Of a stretch of DNA of 32,000 nt, positions 1-8,108 are shown piece after piece. A model generated the notes under the pieces. The model searched no databases. It was not told the DNA's origin and saw nothing but the letters and a program-made list of their open reading frames with translations. How positions within the stretch are numbered: the first letter of the stretch is position 1; every line of letters begins with the position of its first letter. The translations under genes and the position numbers were made by a program. The stretch spans positions 60,001 to 92,000 of the forward strand of contig CP010514.1 in NCBI GenBank assembly GCA_001552015.1, read 5' to 3'. Source of the stretch: Candidatus Nanopusillus acidilobi. Its GTDB lineage: Archaea; Nanobdellota; Nanobdellia; Nanobdellales; Nanobdellaceae.

Positions 1-2
1 TA

Positions 3-1412
3 ATAATTAATGTTACTCAAAATAATTCTTATCCAGAAATTCAATTTGGATATAGTTTTGATGGACAAAATATATATTGGTATGATAATGTTACATTATT
101 AATTCCATCAAATGGTAATATAATTATTTCTCCATATTTTACAGGTTCTAATAATATAGAAGATTTAGAATTTGTTATCGGAGGACCTGGATACGGAACC
201 TGTATAGATATAAACAATATTAGTGGATATTTAGGTTTATATTATTTATATAATAATCAATATCTTACTCCGGATCCATCAATATTTAATTTTGGTTTTA
301 ATACACAAGAATCTTCTTCAAATATTTATGAAAATATAATATCTCAAGGATTTGTAAATTTATTTACAGGTTATTTTTATCCAGAATATTTGGGAAGTAC
401 AAATACTTTAAATTATAATATATCAGTTTATTATTCTTACAATAATTCATATATAAATTATCAATATCCATTTGGAACAATTTTTAATATAAATATTCCG
501 GTATATATTTATCAAAACAATACATTATATTTATTAAATAATTTAACAATAAATGGGGAAAATTATAATATTAATTATTCTCAACAGTATGTTAATATAA
601 GTTTGCTTGTAAATAATAATTATAATATTTCTACAAGCTATATTGAATATTATTTGGTTACTATAAATGATAGTATTGGAATAAATTTCGCAATTTCTGG
701 AAATTATTTAAATGAAACATATTATAATAATATATATTCCCTTTATGCAAATAATATATTGAATATTTACTTAAATCAAACATATAATTTTGGAAATTAT
801 CAGTATTATTGTCCAAATAATATAACATTAAATATAAATAATTCAGAAAGTATAAATCTATCCAATTATTGTTATTTGCAATATCAACTAAATATATCTT
901 TTCCATTCAATTATACAATAAATAATAATACTTATTCTGGAAATAATAGTTTTTATATAAATGCAAATAGTAATATAACTATATTAATAAATTCAATTAA
1001 TTATATAAATAATCAGGAAAGATTGTATTGCAGTCAAAACAATATAACTTTAAATATAAATTCTCCAAAAAATATTAATTTAATCAATTACTGTATATAT
1101 CAATATTTAGTAAATATTAATACACAATTTTTAGTAAATATTTCTATAAATAATTCTGTAAATACTTATGGAAACACTTCTATCTTTTTAAATGATGGAA
1201 CTTTAATAAATATTTTGCCTTCAAAACATATTTATCCAGGATTCTTTTATAATACAATTTATTATGAAAATGGATATAATTATGTTGTAAATCAACCACT
1301 AAATATTGTTATACAGTTTAATAAAGAAATTCAGTATAATTATTTAAATATTGGATTATTGATTGGAGGAATAATTGGAATAATAGTGATAATATTATAT
1401 ATTTTATACTAA
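3..1412 (+). CDS. C-terminal part of large Asn/Tyr/Ile-rich surface protein with C-terminal TM anchor (5' truncated by window edge)
   Basis: ORF track starts at TTG 390, but the same frame is open back to the window edge (...EIQFGYSFDGQNIYWYDNVTLLIPSNGNIIISPYFTGSNNIEDLEFVIGGPGYGTC...). Many NxS/T sequons. C-term LNIGLLIGGIIGIIVIILYILY is a TM anchor. Confidence 0.8.
   Translation: MINVTQNNSYPEIQFGYSFDGQNIYWYDNVTLLIPSNGNIIISPYFTGSNNIEDLEFVIGGPGYGTCIDINNISGYLGLYYLYNNQYLTPDPSIFNFGFNTQESSSNIYENIISQGFVNLFTGYFYPEYLGSTNTLNYNISVYYSYNNSYINYQYPFGTIFNINIPVYIYQNNTLYLLNNLTINGENYNINYSQQYVNISLLVNNNYNISTSYIEYYLVTINDSIGINFAISGNYLNETYYNNIYSLYANNILNIYLNQTYNFGNYQYYCPNNITLNINNSESINLSNYCYLQYQLNISFPFNYTINNNTYSGNNSFYINANSNITILINSINYINNQERLYCSQNNITLNINSPKNINLINYCIYQYLVNINTQFLVNISINNSVNTYGNTSIFLNDGTLINILPSKHIYPGFFYNTIYYENGYNYVVNQPLNIVIQFNKEIQYNYLNIGLLIGGIIGIIVIILYILY
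807..1240 (+). repeat. Two divergent tandem protein repeats (~73 aa period) inside the surface protein
   Basis: YYCPNNITLNINNSESINLSNYCYLQYQLNISFPF... versus LYCSQNNITLNINSPKNINLINYCIYQYLVNINTQF...; first Cys codons near 810 and 1029. Confidence 0.65.
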
Positions 1413-1486
1413 TGGGACCGCCGGGATTTGAACCCGGGACCACCGGTACCCCAAACCGACATCCTTCCAGGCTGGACTACGGTCCC
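1413..1486 (-). tRNA. tRNA-Pro (anticodon GGG)
   Basis: GGGACCG-TA-GTCC-AGCCTGGAA-GGAT-G-TCGGT-TTGGGGT-ACCGG-TGGTC-CCGGG-TTCAAAT-CCCGG-CGGTCCC-A folds as a cloverleaf. Anticodon G34G35G36. CCA not encoded. Confidence 0.95.
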
Positions 1487-1506
1487 AGATAAAAATATAT
1501 GAAAAA

Positions 1507-2097
1507 TTAAAATATATAAGGAATAAATCTAAAAGTTTCTTTCATATATTCTTCATATTCCTTTCCAAACTTTTCTAACATATATTTTTCTTCTGGAATT
1601 ACTTCTCCAAAATATATCATTAATGATACAATAAAAGCTCCTAATATTCCTAATAGACTATATGTTACAAAGCCAAGTCCAAAGAATATTATTATTTCTC
1701 CGAAATATCCAGGATGTCTTATATATTTGTATATACCATTTTTAATTATTTTTTGATCTTCAACAGTTCCAATAGATGGTAAATAATATTTTCCAAGGGT
1801 TGCTTCAGCAATACCTTGTAATGCTAATCCAATTATAAATAATGAAAATCCAATAATATAACCTAAATTGTAATTAAATAGCGAAAAATTATAATAGTAA
1901 TCTATTGATGCTAATATAACTATAAATGTCATTCCAAATAGTACATATAATATAAAACCTACTAAAGAATACAATTTTAATTCTATTATTTTTTCTTTTT
2001 CTTCTTTTATTATTATAAATGGCAATATCAATCCTACAATTATTTCTGATATTATAAAAAGAAATAGATATTCTTGTATTCCAAAGTTTATTATCAT
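1507..2097 (-). CDS. Isoprenylcysteine carboxyl methyltransferase (ICMT)-like membrane methyltransferase
   Basis: Multi-TM; GIYKYIRHPGYFGEIIIFFG...GEVIPEEKYMLEKFGKEYEEYMKETFRFIP is the ICMT/PEMT signature (RHPxY...EExxLxxxFGxEYxxY). Confidence 0.85.
   Translation of the reverse strand: MIINFGIQEYLFLFIISEIIVGLILPFIIIKEEKEKIIELKLYSLVGFILYVLFGMTFIVILASIDYYYNFSLFNYNLGYIIGFSLFIIGLALQGIAEATLGKYYLPSIGTVEDQKIIKNGIYKYIRHPGYFGEIIIFFGLGFVTYSLLGILGAFIVSLMIYFGEVIPEEKYMLEKFGKEYEEYMKETFRFIPYIF
1512..1519 (-). promoter_or_regulatory. TATA box for tRNA-Pro at about -26 to -33
   Basis: Minus strand CTTATATATT; proximal edge 26 nt upstream of tRNA G1. Confidence 0.55.
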
Positions 2098-2283
2098 TTT
2101 AATATTATTTTGTTTTTTAAATATAAATTTATACTATCAGTGATTTGAACTGTAACTTGTGGTCAATAATCATTAGTCTGTAGCAACTATAATGGGTTTA
2201 AATTATGTTTTATCTTTACTGTAGTTAGTAAACTTTGAATTATTTCTAAGTTCTGTAAATTTAGACTCAAACTTTTAGAATAA

Positions 2284-2916
2284 TTACGATGTTGGTGTAT
2301 ATACTGTTGTTACTGTAAATGATAATAGAGTTGCTGTTATATTACTTGGGTTATAAGCAATTACTACATAGAGACCTGGACCAACAGAGAGATTATCATT
2401 TATATAAGTGCCCTGATCATATAAGTAATATTGATATGAGTAACCCTCAGCAAATTGTATTAAATTTTGTAAGTCAAGTACATAGATTTCGACAGGGCTT
2501 GATGCTGATACGGTTATGTATATTGTTCCTGAGAAGCCGTTTGGTACAACAACCCATGAATATTCAAAGTAGTCTGGTTGTAATGTACCATCACTAATAT
2601 TAAACTGTCCCAAGTATGTGAGTATGTTCCAATAAGTATTGTTTAGATTACTATACTGGCTCTGTAGTGAGCTATATTGTGTTTGTAGTGTCTGATATTG
2701 GTTTTGTAGGCTACCATAGTTTGTCTCCAGATTTGTATAGTTAGACTCAAGTGTATTGTATTGACTTTGTAATGTTTGATATTGTATTTGTAAGTTTTCG
2801 TAATTAGTTTCATAGTTTGCATAATTAAAATAAGTTGTCAACCATAGTACTGCAAATACTGAAGCTGCTATAGCCAAAATAATCAAACCAATCAGATATA
2901 TCTTAACTGATTTCAT
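2284..2916 (-). CDS. N-terminally membrane-anchored coiled-coil protein with C-terminal beta-rich domain
   Basis: N-terminal TM IYLIGLIILAIAASVFAVLWL, then Y/Q/L heptads (YQTLQSQ YNTLESN YTNLETN YGSLQNQ YQTLQTQ YSSLQSQ YSNLNNT), then an SSPVEIYVLDLQNL...GLYVVIAY domain. Confidence 0.8.
   Translation of the reverse strand: MKSVKIYLIGLIILAIAASVFAVLWLTTYFNYANYETNYENLQIQYQTLQSQYNTLESNYTNLETNYGSLQNQYQTLQTQYSSLQSQYSNLNNTYWNILTYLGQFNISDGTLQPDYFEYSWVVVPNGFSGTIYITVSASSPVEIYVLDLQNLIQFAEGYSYQYYLYDQGTYINDNLSVGPGLYVVIAYNPSNITATLLSFTVTTVYTPTS
2620..2800 (-). repeat. Heptad-encoding ~21-bp degenerate tandem repeat
   Basis: Consecutive YxxLxxQ/N heptads in the 2284..2916 protein. Confidence 0.65.
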
Positions 2917-3029
2917 ACAAAATAGTACTAAATAAAATTTTTAAGTATTATTAAAGTTATATACTTTAATTGTCTGCATATATTAACTGTCATGTTTATA
3001 CCTGATAGCTGGATATATAAAAATCAAAT

Positions 3030-4115
3030 CTATGACTCGGTAATAGCCAGCATGTTAGGTGTTGTTGGTATATATATTATTGTTACATTACCATTAACAT
3101 ATGTGTACTGAGCATTTGGCAATACATTACTAATGACTAAATAGTAACCACTATTAGCTAGTTGGGTTGTATTTAATGTAATCTCTGTGTTAAATATTGT
3201 TGATTCGCCACCATAGTAATATGCAGGGCTTGTAAATGACCATGCTTCCTGTTGGTATAGACTTTCAAAGTAATTAAATTGATCTGGTGTGAATAAAAAT
3301 AATTCAACAGGGCTTGTTGAGGTAATATTTACAACTAATTCTACATATTTACTGTTTGTTGATAAGTTATATTGTATTGGTAAGTATATGTAATACTGAG
3401 GAGAAAGACTTTCATTAATCGTTGAAACTGTAATTGTTGTAGGCCCACTGCACCAATTGCTTAGTTCTATAACTAACCAAGTATTGTTTTCAAGTTCTAC
3501 TGAGCATCCATATGACTGAAAGTACTGGGGTATATTTATGTTTGGACCTGGTATTTCAGTTACTGGACAGGAACCAGTAATTGCATAAGTTGGTCCGTAG
3601 CCAATATAATATCCATAGTATGTATAATTGCTATCTATTAAACCTTCCCAATAGATTGAAGCCTCTGATTGTAGGATCTGTGCGTACTTACTAGGTGTGT
3701 AGCCACTTGGGTCCAGACTTTCCTCGCCAATAATGAGAAAGCTTTGGTATTGACTTAGGTATTCGTTGAAGTCCTGATCAAAACCGTAGTTGCTTATTGT
3801 AGGGTTCTGGATCATTGTTTCGAACCTAATGTAGGCAAAGTTGTCTAGCCAAGGACAATGTTGTAATGGCGGAGCACCATTTGATTGTCTGTACTGATTT
3901 ACAATGCTAAAGAATTGGAAAACCCATGTTGAATTTATTGTGGTTTGTTTTATATATGAAGGATAATAAATGACTATGAGTATTATTAATATTAATAAAT
4001 TTATTATGATACTAGCAATAATTTTACTAATCATAAGTTTTCTAGACCTACTTTTATTTTCTTTATTATACCAATATCCATATTTTCTGTATTTATAATT
4101 ATCATCAGTCTTCAT
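3030..4115 (-). CDS. Secreted or anchored CAP/SCP-like domain protein with the same C-terminal domain as its downstream neighbour
   Basis: One N-terminal TM; IVNQYRQSNGAPPLQHCPWLDNFAYIRFETMIQNP...YGF resembles the CAP core. C-term SSPVELFLFTPDQFNYFESLYQQ...GYYLVISN matches the 2284..2916 C-term. Confidence 0.65.
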   Translation of the reverse strand: MKTDDNYKYRKYGYWYNKENKSRSRKLMISKIIASIIINLLILIILIVIYYPSYIKQTTINSTWVFQFFSIVNQYRQSNGAPPLQHCPWLDNFAYIRFETMIQNPTISNYGFDQDFNEYLSQYQSFLIIGEESLDPSGYTPSKYAQILQSEASIYWEGLIDSNYTYYGYYIGYGPTYAITGSCPVTEIPGPNINIPQYFQSYGCSVELENNTWLVIELSNWCSGPTTITVSTINESLSPQYYIYLPIQYNLSTNSKYVELVVNITSTSPVELFLFTPDQFNYFESLYQQEAWSFTSPAYYYGGESTIFNTEITLNTTQLANSGYYLVISNVLPNAQYTYVNGNVTIIYIPTTPNMLAITES

Positions 4116-4189
4116 AGTTTGATGAATACATATATATTTTTATACTTTATGATCTTTTCTAATAATCCTTAGCCGTTTATAAAATATAA

Positions 4190-4210
4190 AACAATAATCT
4201 AATTATTGTT
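4190..4210. other. Perfect 9-bp inverted repeat with 3-nt loop (AT-rich hairpin)
   Basis: aacaataat-cta-attattgtt in the intergenic gap downstream of tRNA-Thr. Confidence 0.4.
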
Positions 4211-4266
4211 CAACTATAATAAAAGAATATATAATCTTTCTCTAATGAAAAATTAAATGAAAAACT

Positions 4267-4341
4267 GGTGCCACCGCCGGGATTTGAACCCGGGACCTCT
4301 ACCTTACCAGGGTAGCGCTCTACCGCTGAGCTACGGTGGCT
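4267..4341 (-). tRNA. tRNA-Thr (anticodon GGT), CCA encoded
   Basis: GCCACCG-TA-GCTC-AGCGGTA-GAGC-G-CTACC-CTGGTAA-GGTAG-AGGTC-CCGGG-TTCAAAT-CCCGG-CGGTGGC-ACCA. Ends may be off by 1 nt. Confidence 0.95.
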
Positions 4342-5254
4342 ATTTTCCAATCTTTTTTGATATAATATTTATATATTGTGGGTTTATACTATAAATATAT
4401 TCATTGTTATTTACTTCTCTTAATAATATACCTTGTTTATGCATTTTATTCAAATATTTTGATATAGTATTCCTTGGAAGATTTAATATTTTTGATATTT
4501 CTCTTGAGGACATTTTATTTTTATATAATATCTCTAAAATTCTTTTTTGTGTATTAGATAATTTTATATCACCTTCTAAATTTTTTATTTCTTCCAAATC
4601 TTTATTTATATTATCTATCCCCTCTTCTAATAAATTATTTAATTCAATAAATATTTGTCTAACATTATTATTATTCTTTCTTATTAAATTTCTCAATATT
4701 TTTTCATCTATATTTATTTTTCCCTTTAATTTTTTATTTATCAATTTTAATATTTCATCTTCTGGAGGGAATTTCATTTCAATCTTTCTATATAATCTAT
4801 TTAAGAAAGATAAAGTAGCATTCATTACTTGTGGAGATGGTTGAATTAGCATTATTGAATGAACAATCTTATTATCATATAAATATTTTAGTTTTTTAGA
4901 TACATCTTCTGGAAAATTATAATATTCATCTAATATCAATACTATAGGTAATTTATTTTCAAATTTAAAGAATAAGAACTTAATATATTTATTTTCTTCA
5001 ATTATTTCATCTATATCTTTATCTTTTTCATATTCTCCATTTATATATATTACATTATAATCATCTGATAGATCTTTTTTAATTTTAAATGCTAAAGAAG
5101 TTTTTCCAGATCCAATTGGTCCATATAATAAAAATATTTCTCCATTTATTATTGAATCTTTTACTTTTTTTATTATATCATCTACTCCAACTAAATTTTC
5201 ATTTGGTCTTATATCTAAAGGATTTTTAGAAAACCCATATTCTTTCCACCACAT
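4340..5254 (-). CDS. AAA+ ATPase (Orc1/Cdc6-like or ExeA-like fold) with C-terminal winged HTH
   Basis: YGFSKNPLDIRPNENLVG; Walker A GPIGSGKTS; Walker B IVLILDEY; C-term SNTQKRILEILYKNKMSSREISKILNLPRNTISKYLNKMHKQGIL. Confidence 0.75.
   Translation of the reverse strand: MWWKEYGFSKNPLDIRPNENLVGVDDIIKKVKDSIINGEIFLLYGPIGSGKTSLAFKIKKDLSDDYNVIYINGEYEKDKDIDEIIEENKYIKFLFFKFENKLPIVLILDEYYNFPEDVSKKLKYLYDNKIVHSIMLIQPSPQVMNATLSFLNRLYRKIEMKFPPEDEILKLINKKLKGKINIDEKILRNLIRKNNNNVRQIFIELNNLLEEGIDNINKDLEEIKNLEGDIKLSNTQKRILEILYKNKMSSREISKILNLPRNTISKYLNKMHKQGILLREVNNNEYIYSINPQYINIISKKIGK
4367..4375 (-). promoter_or_regulatory. TATA box for tRNA-Thr at about -26 to -34, inside the 3' end of the AAA+ ORF
   Basis: Minus strand TATATAAAT about 26 nt upstream of tRNA G1. 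Confidence 0.5.
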
Positions 5255-5255
5255 C

Positions 5256-6902
5256 TTATTTTATATTATTTAATAATTCCATATAAGTTGATATTGACCA
5301 TAATTGATGTAAGGCCCCTACTGGTTTTAATTCGTATGCATTGGATCTTTCTGGTAATGTTCCTATCATTTTTATCAATCTTTCATCAGCTTTTATAATA
5401 CTATTTATTATATTTTCATATTTTTCCTTATTTAAATTGTATAAGTCTATAGCAGCAATATTATTTATAAAAATCCATGAATCTCCATTATGCATTGATT
5501 TTCCCTCATTTTTAAAATAATTATCCTCATTACTATATGGAATAAATTCTTTATCAAATATAGATAAACTACTAATTCCTCCCCATTTTAGATATAAATG
5601 AGTTAATGAATAATCAAATATATTTTCCCATTCATAATTTGAAAAAATCTTTGGGTAAAAATAATAGGATAAAAATACATTGCATCTTATTTTTTTATTT
5701 TTTATATCATCATATAATGAATAATCTGATAAATAATTCTTTCTAATTGAATTCTTTATTTTTTCTAATTTTTCTTTATATTCATCTTTCTTTGTATAAT
5801 TATATAAATTGTCATATGCATTTGCCATTAAAAATTGTATTTCAATTGGATAAATTCTATTTAATGTATCCATCCATGTTTCATTTGGATATGCTTTAAA
5901 TAAAAATAATTTTTCATCTAAATAATTTTCTTCAAATAGTTTTAGTTTCTCTATTATATTATTTACTAATTTATTAAATAAATCTCTTTCAAACAAATCT
6001 TTAAATTGAAATAATCTAAAAATATATAATCCTATTCCATCAGAATTTCCAACATTTTCATTTTTTATATTCTTCAATCTTCCATCTAATAAAAAATAAT
6101 TTGAATATTCAATTAACTTATTCTTTACAATATCTTTATTAATATAATATAATCCTTTTAATGAAATTAATAGATCTCTACTCCATTCTTGAAAATACCA
6201 TGGAAAACCTGCAGAAATGTTATTATCATAAATAAAAGATAATAATCTATTTTCAATTAAATCCTTTCCATTTAAATTTTCTTTATCATTTTTATATATT
6301 ATTTCTAATTCTTTTGCATAAAAAGAAAATGGCAAATATAGATATCTTTCAAATGGAGGAGATTTTCTATATAGATCATAATTATAATTTACTTTTACCC
6401 ATTTATTTAATTCTTGATAAACTTCAAATCCCTTTATTATTACTTCATAGTTTAAATCACCTTTATTAAATTTTATTTTTACATAATCCTTATTTTTTTC
6501 ATTATTATATATCCTTCCCCATTCATCTATATCGTATAAATATCTTATATCGAAATAAACATTTAATGTAGAGTATTTATTTGTTTTATACATTAATTTA
6601 TTATCTATTAATTTATATTCCTCCCATCCATTTTTATACATTATTTTTATATCATTATAATCCTTCAATATTACTTTTTCAATTTCATTATAATTTATAT
6701 CCCTATTTTCTATTTTTTCTATTATTTTGATAAAATTGTTGTTATAATATTGTAATAAACCGAAATATCTACTGTTATATAGTAAAGGTAAAAACAAAAA
6801 TGAACCTTTATTATTTATAACAGCATAATTAAAATTTTCCAATTCAATTTCCTTTTCCATACAAATATTTTTGTTAAAAGATTTATAATTATTTTTTTTC
6901 AT
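5256..6902 (-). CDS. Glycogen-debranching enzyme / amylo-alpha-1,6-glucosidase family
   Basis: ISAGFPWYFQEWSRDLLISLKGLYYINKD...GRLKNIKN...NSDGIGLYIFRLFQF is a GDE_C-type (alpha/alpha)6 glucosidase signature; GALHQLWSISTYMELL near C-term. Confidence 0.8.
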   Translation of the reverse strand: MKKNNYKSFNKNICMEKEIELENFNYAVINNKGSFLFLPLLYNSRYFGLLQYYNNNFIKIIEKIENRDINYNEIEKVILKDYNDIKIMYKNGWEEYKLIDNKLMYKTNKYSTLNVYFDIRYLYDIDEWGRIYNNEKNKDYVKIKFNKGDLNYEVIIKGFEVYQELNKWVKVNYNYDLYRKSPPFERYLYLPFSFYAKELEIIYKNDKENLNGKDLIENRLLSFIYDNNISAGFPWYFQEWSRDLLISLKGLYYINKDIVKNKLIEYSNYFLLDGRLKNIKNENVGNSDGIGLYIFRLFQFKDLFERDLFNKLVNNIIEKLKLFEENYLDEKLFLFKAYPNETWMDTLNRIYPIEIQFLMANAYDNLYNYTKKDEYKEKLEKIKNSIRKNYLSDYSLYDDIKNKKIRCNVFLSYYFYPKIFSNYEWENIFDYSLTHLYLKWGGISSLSIFDKEFIPYSNEDNYFKNEGKSMHNGDSWIFINNIAAIDLYNLNKEKYENIINSIIKADERLIKMIGTLPERSNAYELKPVGALHQLWSISTYMELLNNIK

Positions 6903-6911
6903 TTTTTAATT

Positions 6912-8108
6912 ATGAAAATACTGTTTTTATCATGGGGAGTGTTTCCTCAAAAAGGTGGTGGATTAGAAAAAGTAACCTATTATTATTTAAAATATCTTGA
7001 TTATTTTAATAATAATGTTTATTTATTTATTTTAAACTTGACTGATGATGTAAAATCTTTTTGGGATAATAAATTAAAGAATTCAAAAATCTTTGGATTA
7101 AATATGAAATTATATCAGTCATATATAGATTATTTTAAATATGAATCTTTTACATTATACAAAAGAAAAATTATAGACTATAAAAGAGCAGTAATTGAAT
7201 ATAAAGATAGAATATTAGATATATTGAAGAAAATGAAATTAGATTTCGATATTATATATGCATATGATTGGTTAACTGCTTTAGCAGGTATAGAAATAAA
7301 GAAAATATACAAAAAACCACTGGTTGTTCATTTTCATTCTTTAGTATATGATAGAGTTGGAGGGAATCCTGATGTATTAAAATATTTATATGATTATGAT
7401 TATGGAATAGAGTTGGAAGCTTGTAAATATGCAGATAAAATTGTAGTAGTAAGTAAAAGGGAAAAGGATATATTGGTAAAATATTATAATTGTGATGAAA
7501 AGAAGATTGAGGTAATATATAATGCTCCAGATGATGATTTTAATATAAGAGAAAAAATAAATAGTAAAATAAAAGAGAAATATAAAATAGTATTATATCT
7601 TGGGAGAATGACAATGCATAAGGGTCCAGATTATTTATTAAGAGCAGCTAAAAAGGTTTTAGAAAAAAGGAAGGATATATTATTTATATTTGCAGGAACT
7701 GGAGAAATGTTGGAACAATTGATAAAAATGGCTGCAGATTTAAATATATCAAAAAATGTAATATTTACTGGATGGATTGATGATGATCTGGCAGAATATT
7801 TATATTCAATAGCAGATATATTTGTTTTACCATCTATATCAGAACCATTTGGTTTAACACCATTTGAAGCTTTAAAATATAAGGACTTTATTATAATATC
7901 AAAACAAACAGGAGTATATGAAGTATTAAAGAATGCATTGGCAGTTGATTTTTGGGATGTAAATAAAATGGCAGATTATATATTAGCATTATTATCTTAT
8001 CCAAGATTAGGAGAATTTGAGATAAAATTATGTTTGGATGATATAAAAAATTTATCTTGGAAAAATTCTGTAGAAAAATTAATTTCTATTTTCAATAGCC
8101 TGGTTTAA
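6912..8108 (+). CDS. Glycosyltransferase family 4 protein
   Basis: MKILFLSWGVFPQKGGGLEKVTYYYLKYL; GRMTMHKGPDYLLRAAKKVL; IADIFVLPSISEPFGLTPFEAL. Confidence 0.88.
   Translation: MKILFLSWGVFPQKGGGLEKVTYYYLKYLDYFNNNVYLFILNLTDDVKSFWDNKLKNSKIFGLNMKLYQSYIDYFKYESFTLYKRKIIDYKRAVIEYKDRILDILKKMKLDFDIIYAYDWLTALAGIEIKKIYKKPLVVHFHSLVYDRVGGNPDVLKYLYDYDYGIELEACKYADKIVVVSKREKDILVKYYNCDEKKIEVIYNAPDDDFNIREKINSKIKEKYKIVLYLGRMTMHKGPDYLLRAAKKVLEKRKDILFIFAGTGEMLEQLIKMAADLNISKNVIFTGWIDDDLAEYLYSIADIFVLPSISEPFGLTPFEALKYKDFIIISKQTGVYEVLKNALAVDFWDVNKMADYILALLSYPRLGEFEIKLCLDDIKNLSWKNSVEKLISIFNSLV

Noticed and set aside
2135-2175. T-arm-like string (CAGTTCAAATCACTG on minus) suggesting a split or half tRNA
   Set aside because: The 5-bp T stem does not pair in the canonical register and no matching acceptor stem or anticodon arm was found nearby. 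Chance match in the gap.
2319-2597. 92-aa plus-strand ORF
   Set aside because: Antisense to the coherent C-terminal domain of 2284..2916, which has a homologue in the neighbouring gene.
4404-4844. 146-aa plus-strand ORF antisense to the AAA+ gene
   Set aside because: Antisense shadow of a gene with clear Walker and HTH motifs.
4340-5254. Annotation as replication initiator Orc1/Cdc6 with an adjacent origin
   Set aside because: The wHTH is short and MarR/ArsR-like, and no ORB-type inverted repeats were seen nearby. Family-level AAA+/wHTH is all that can be supported.
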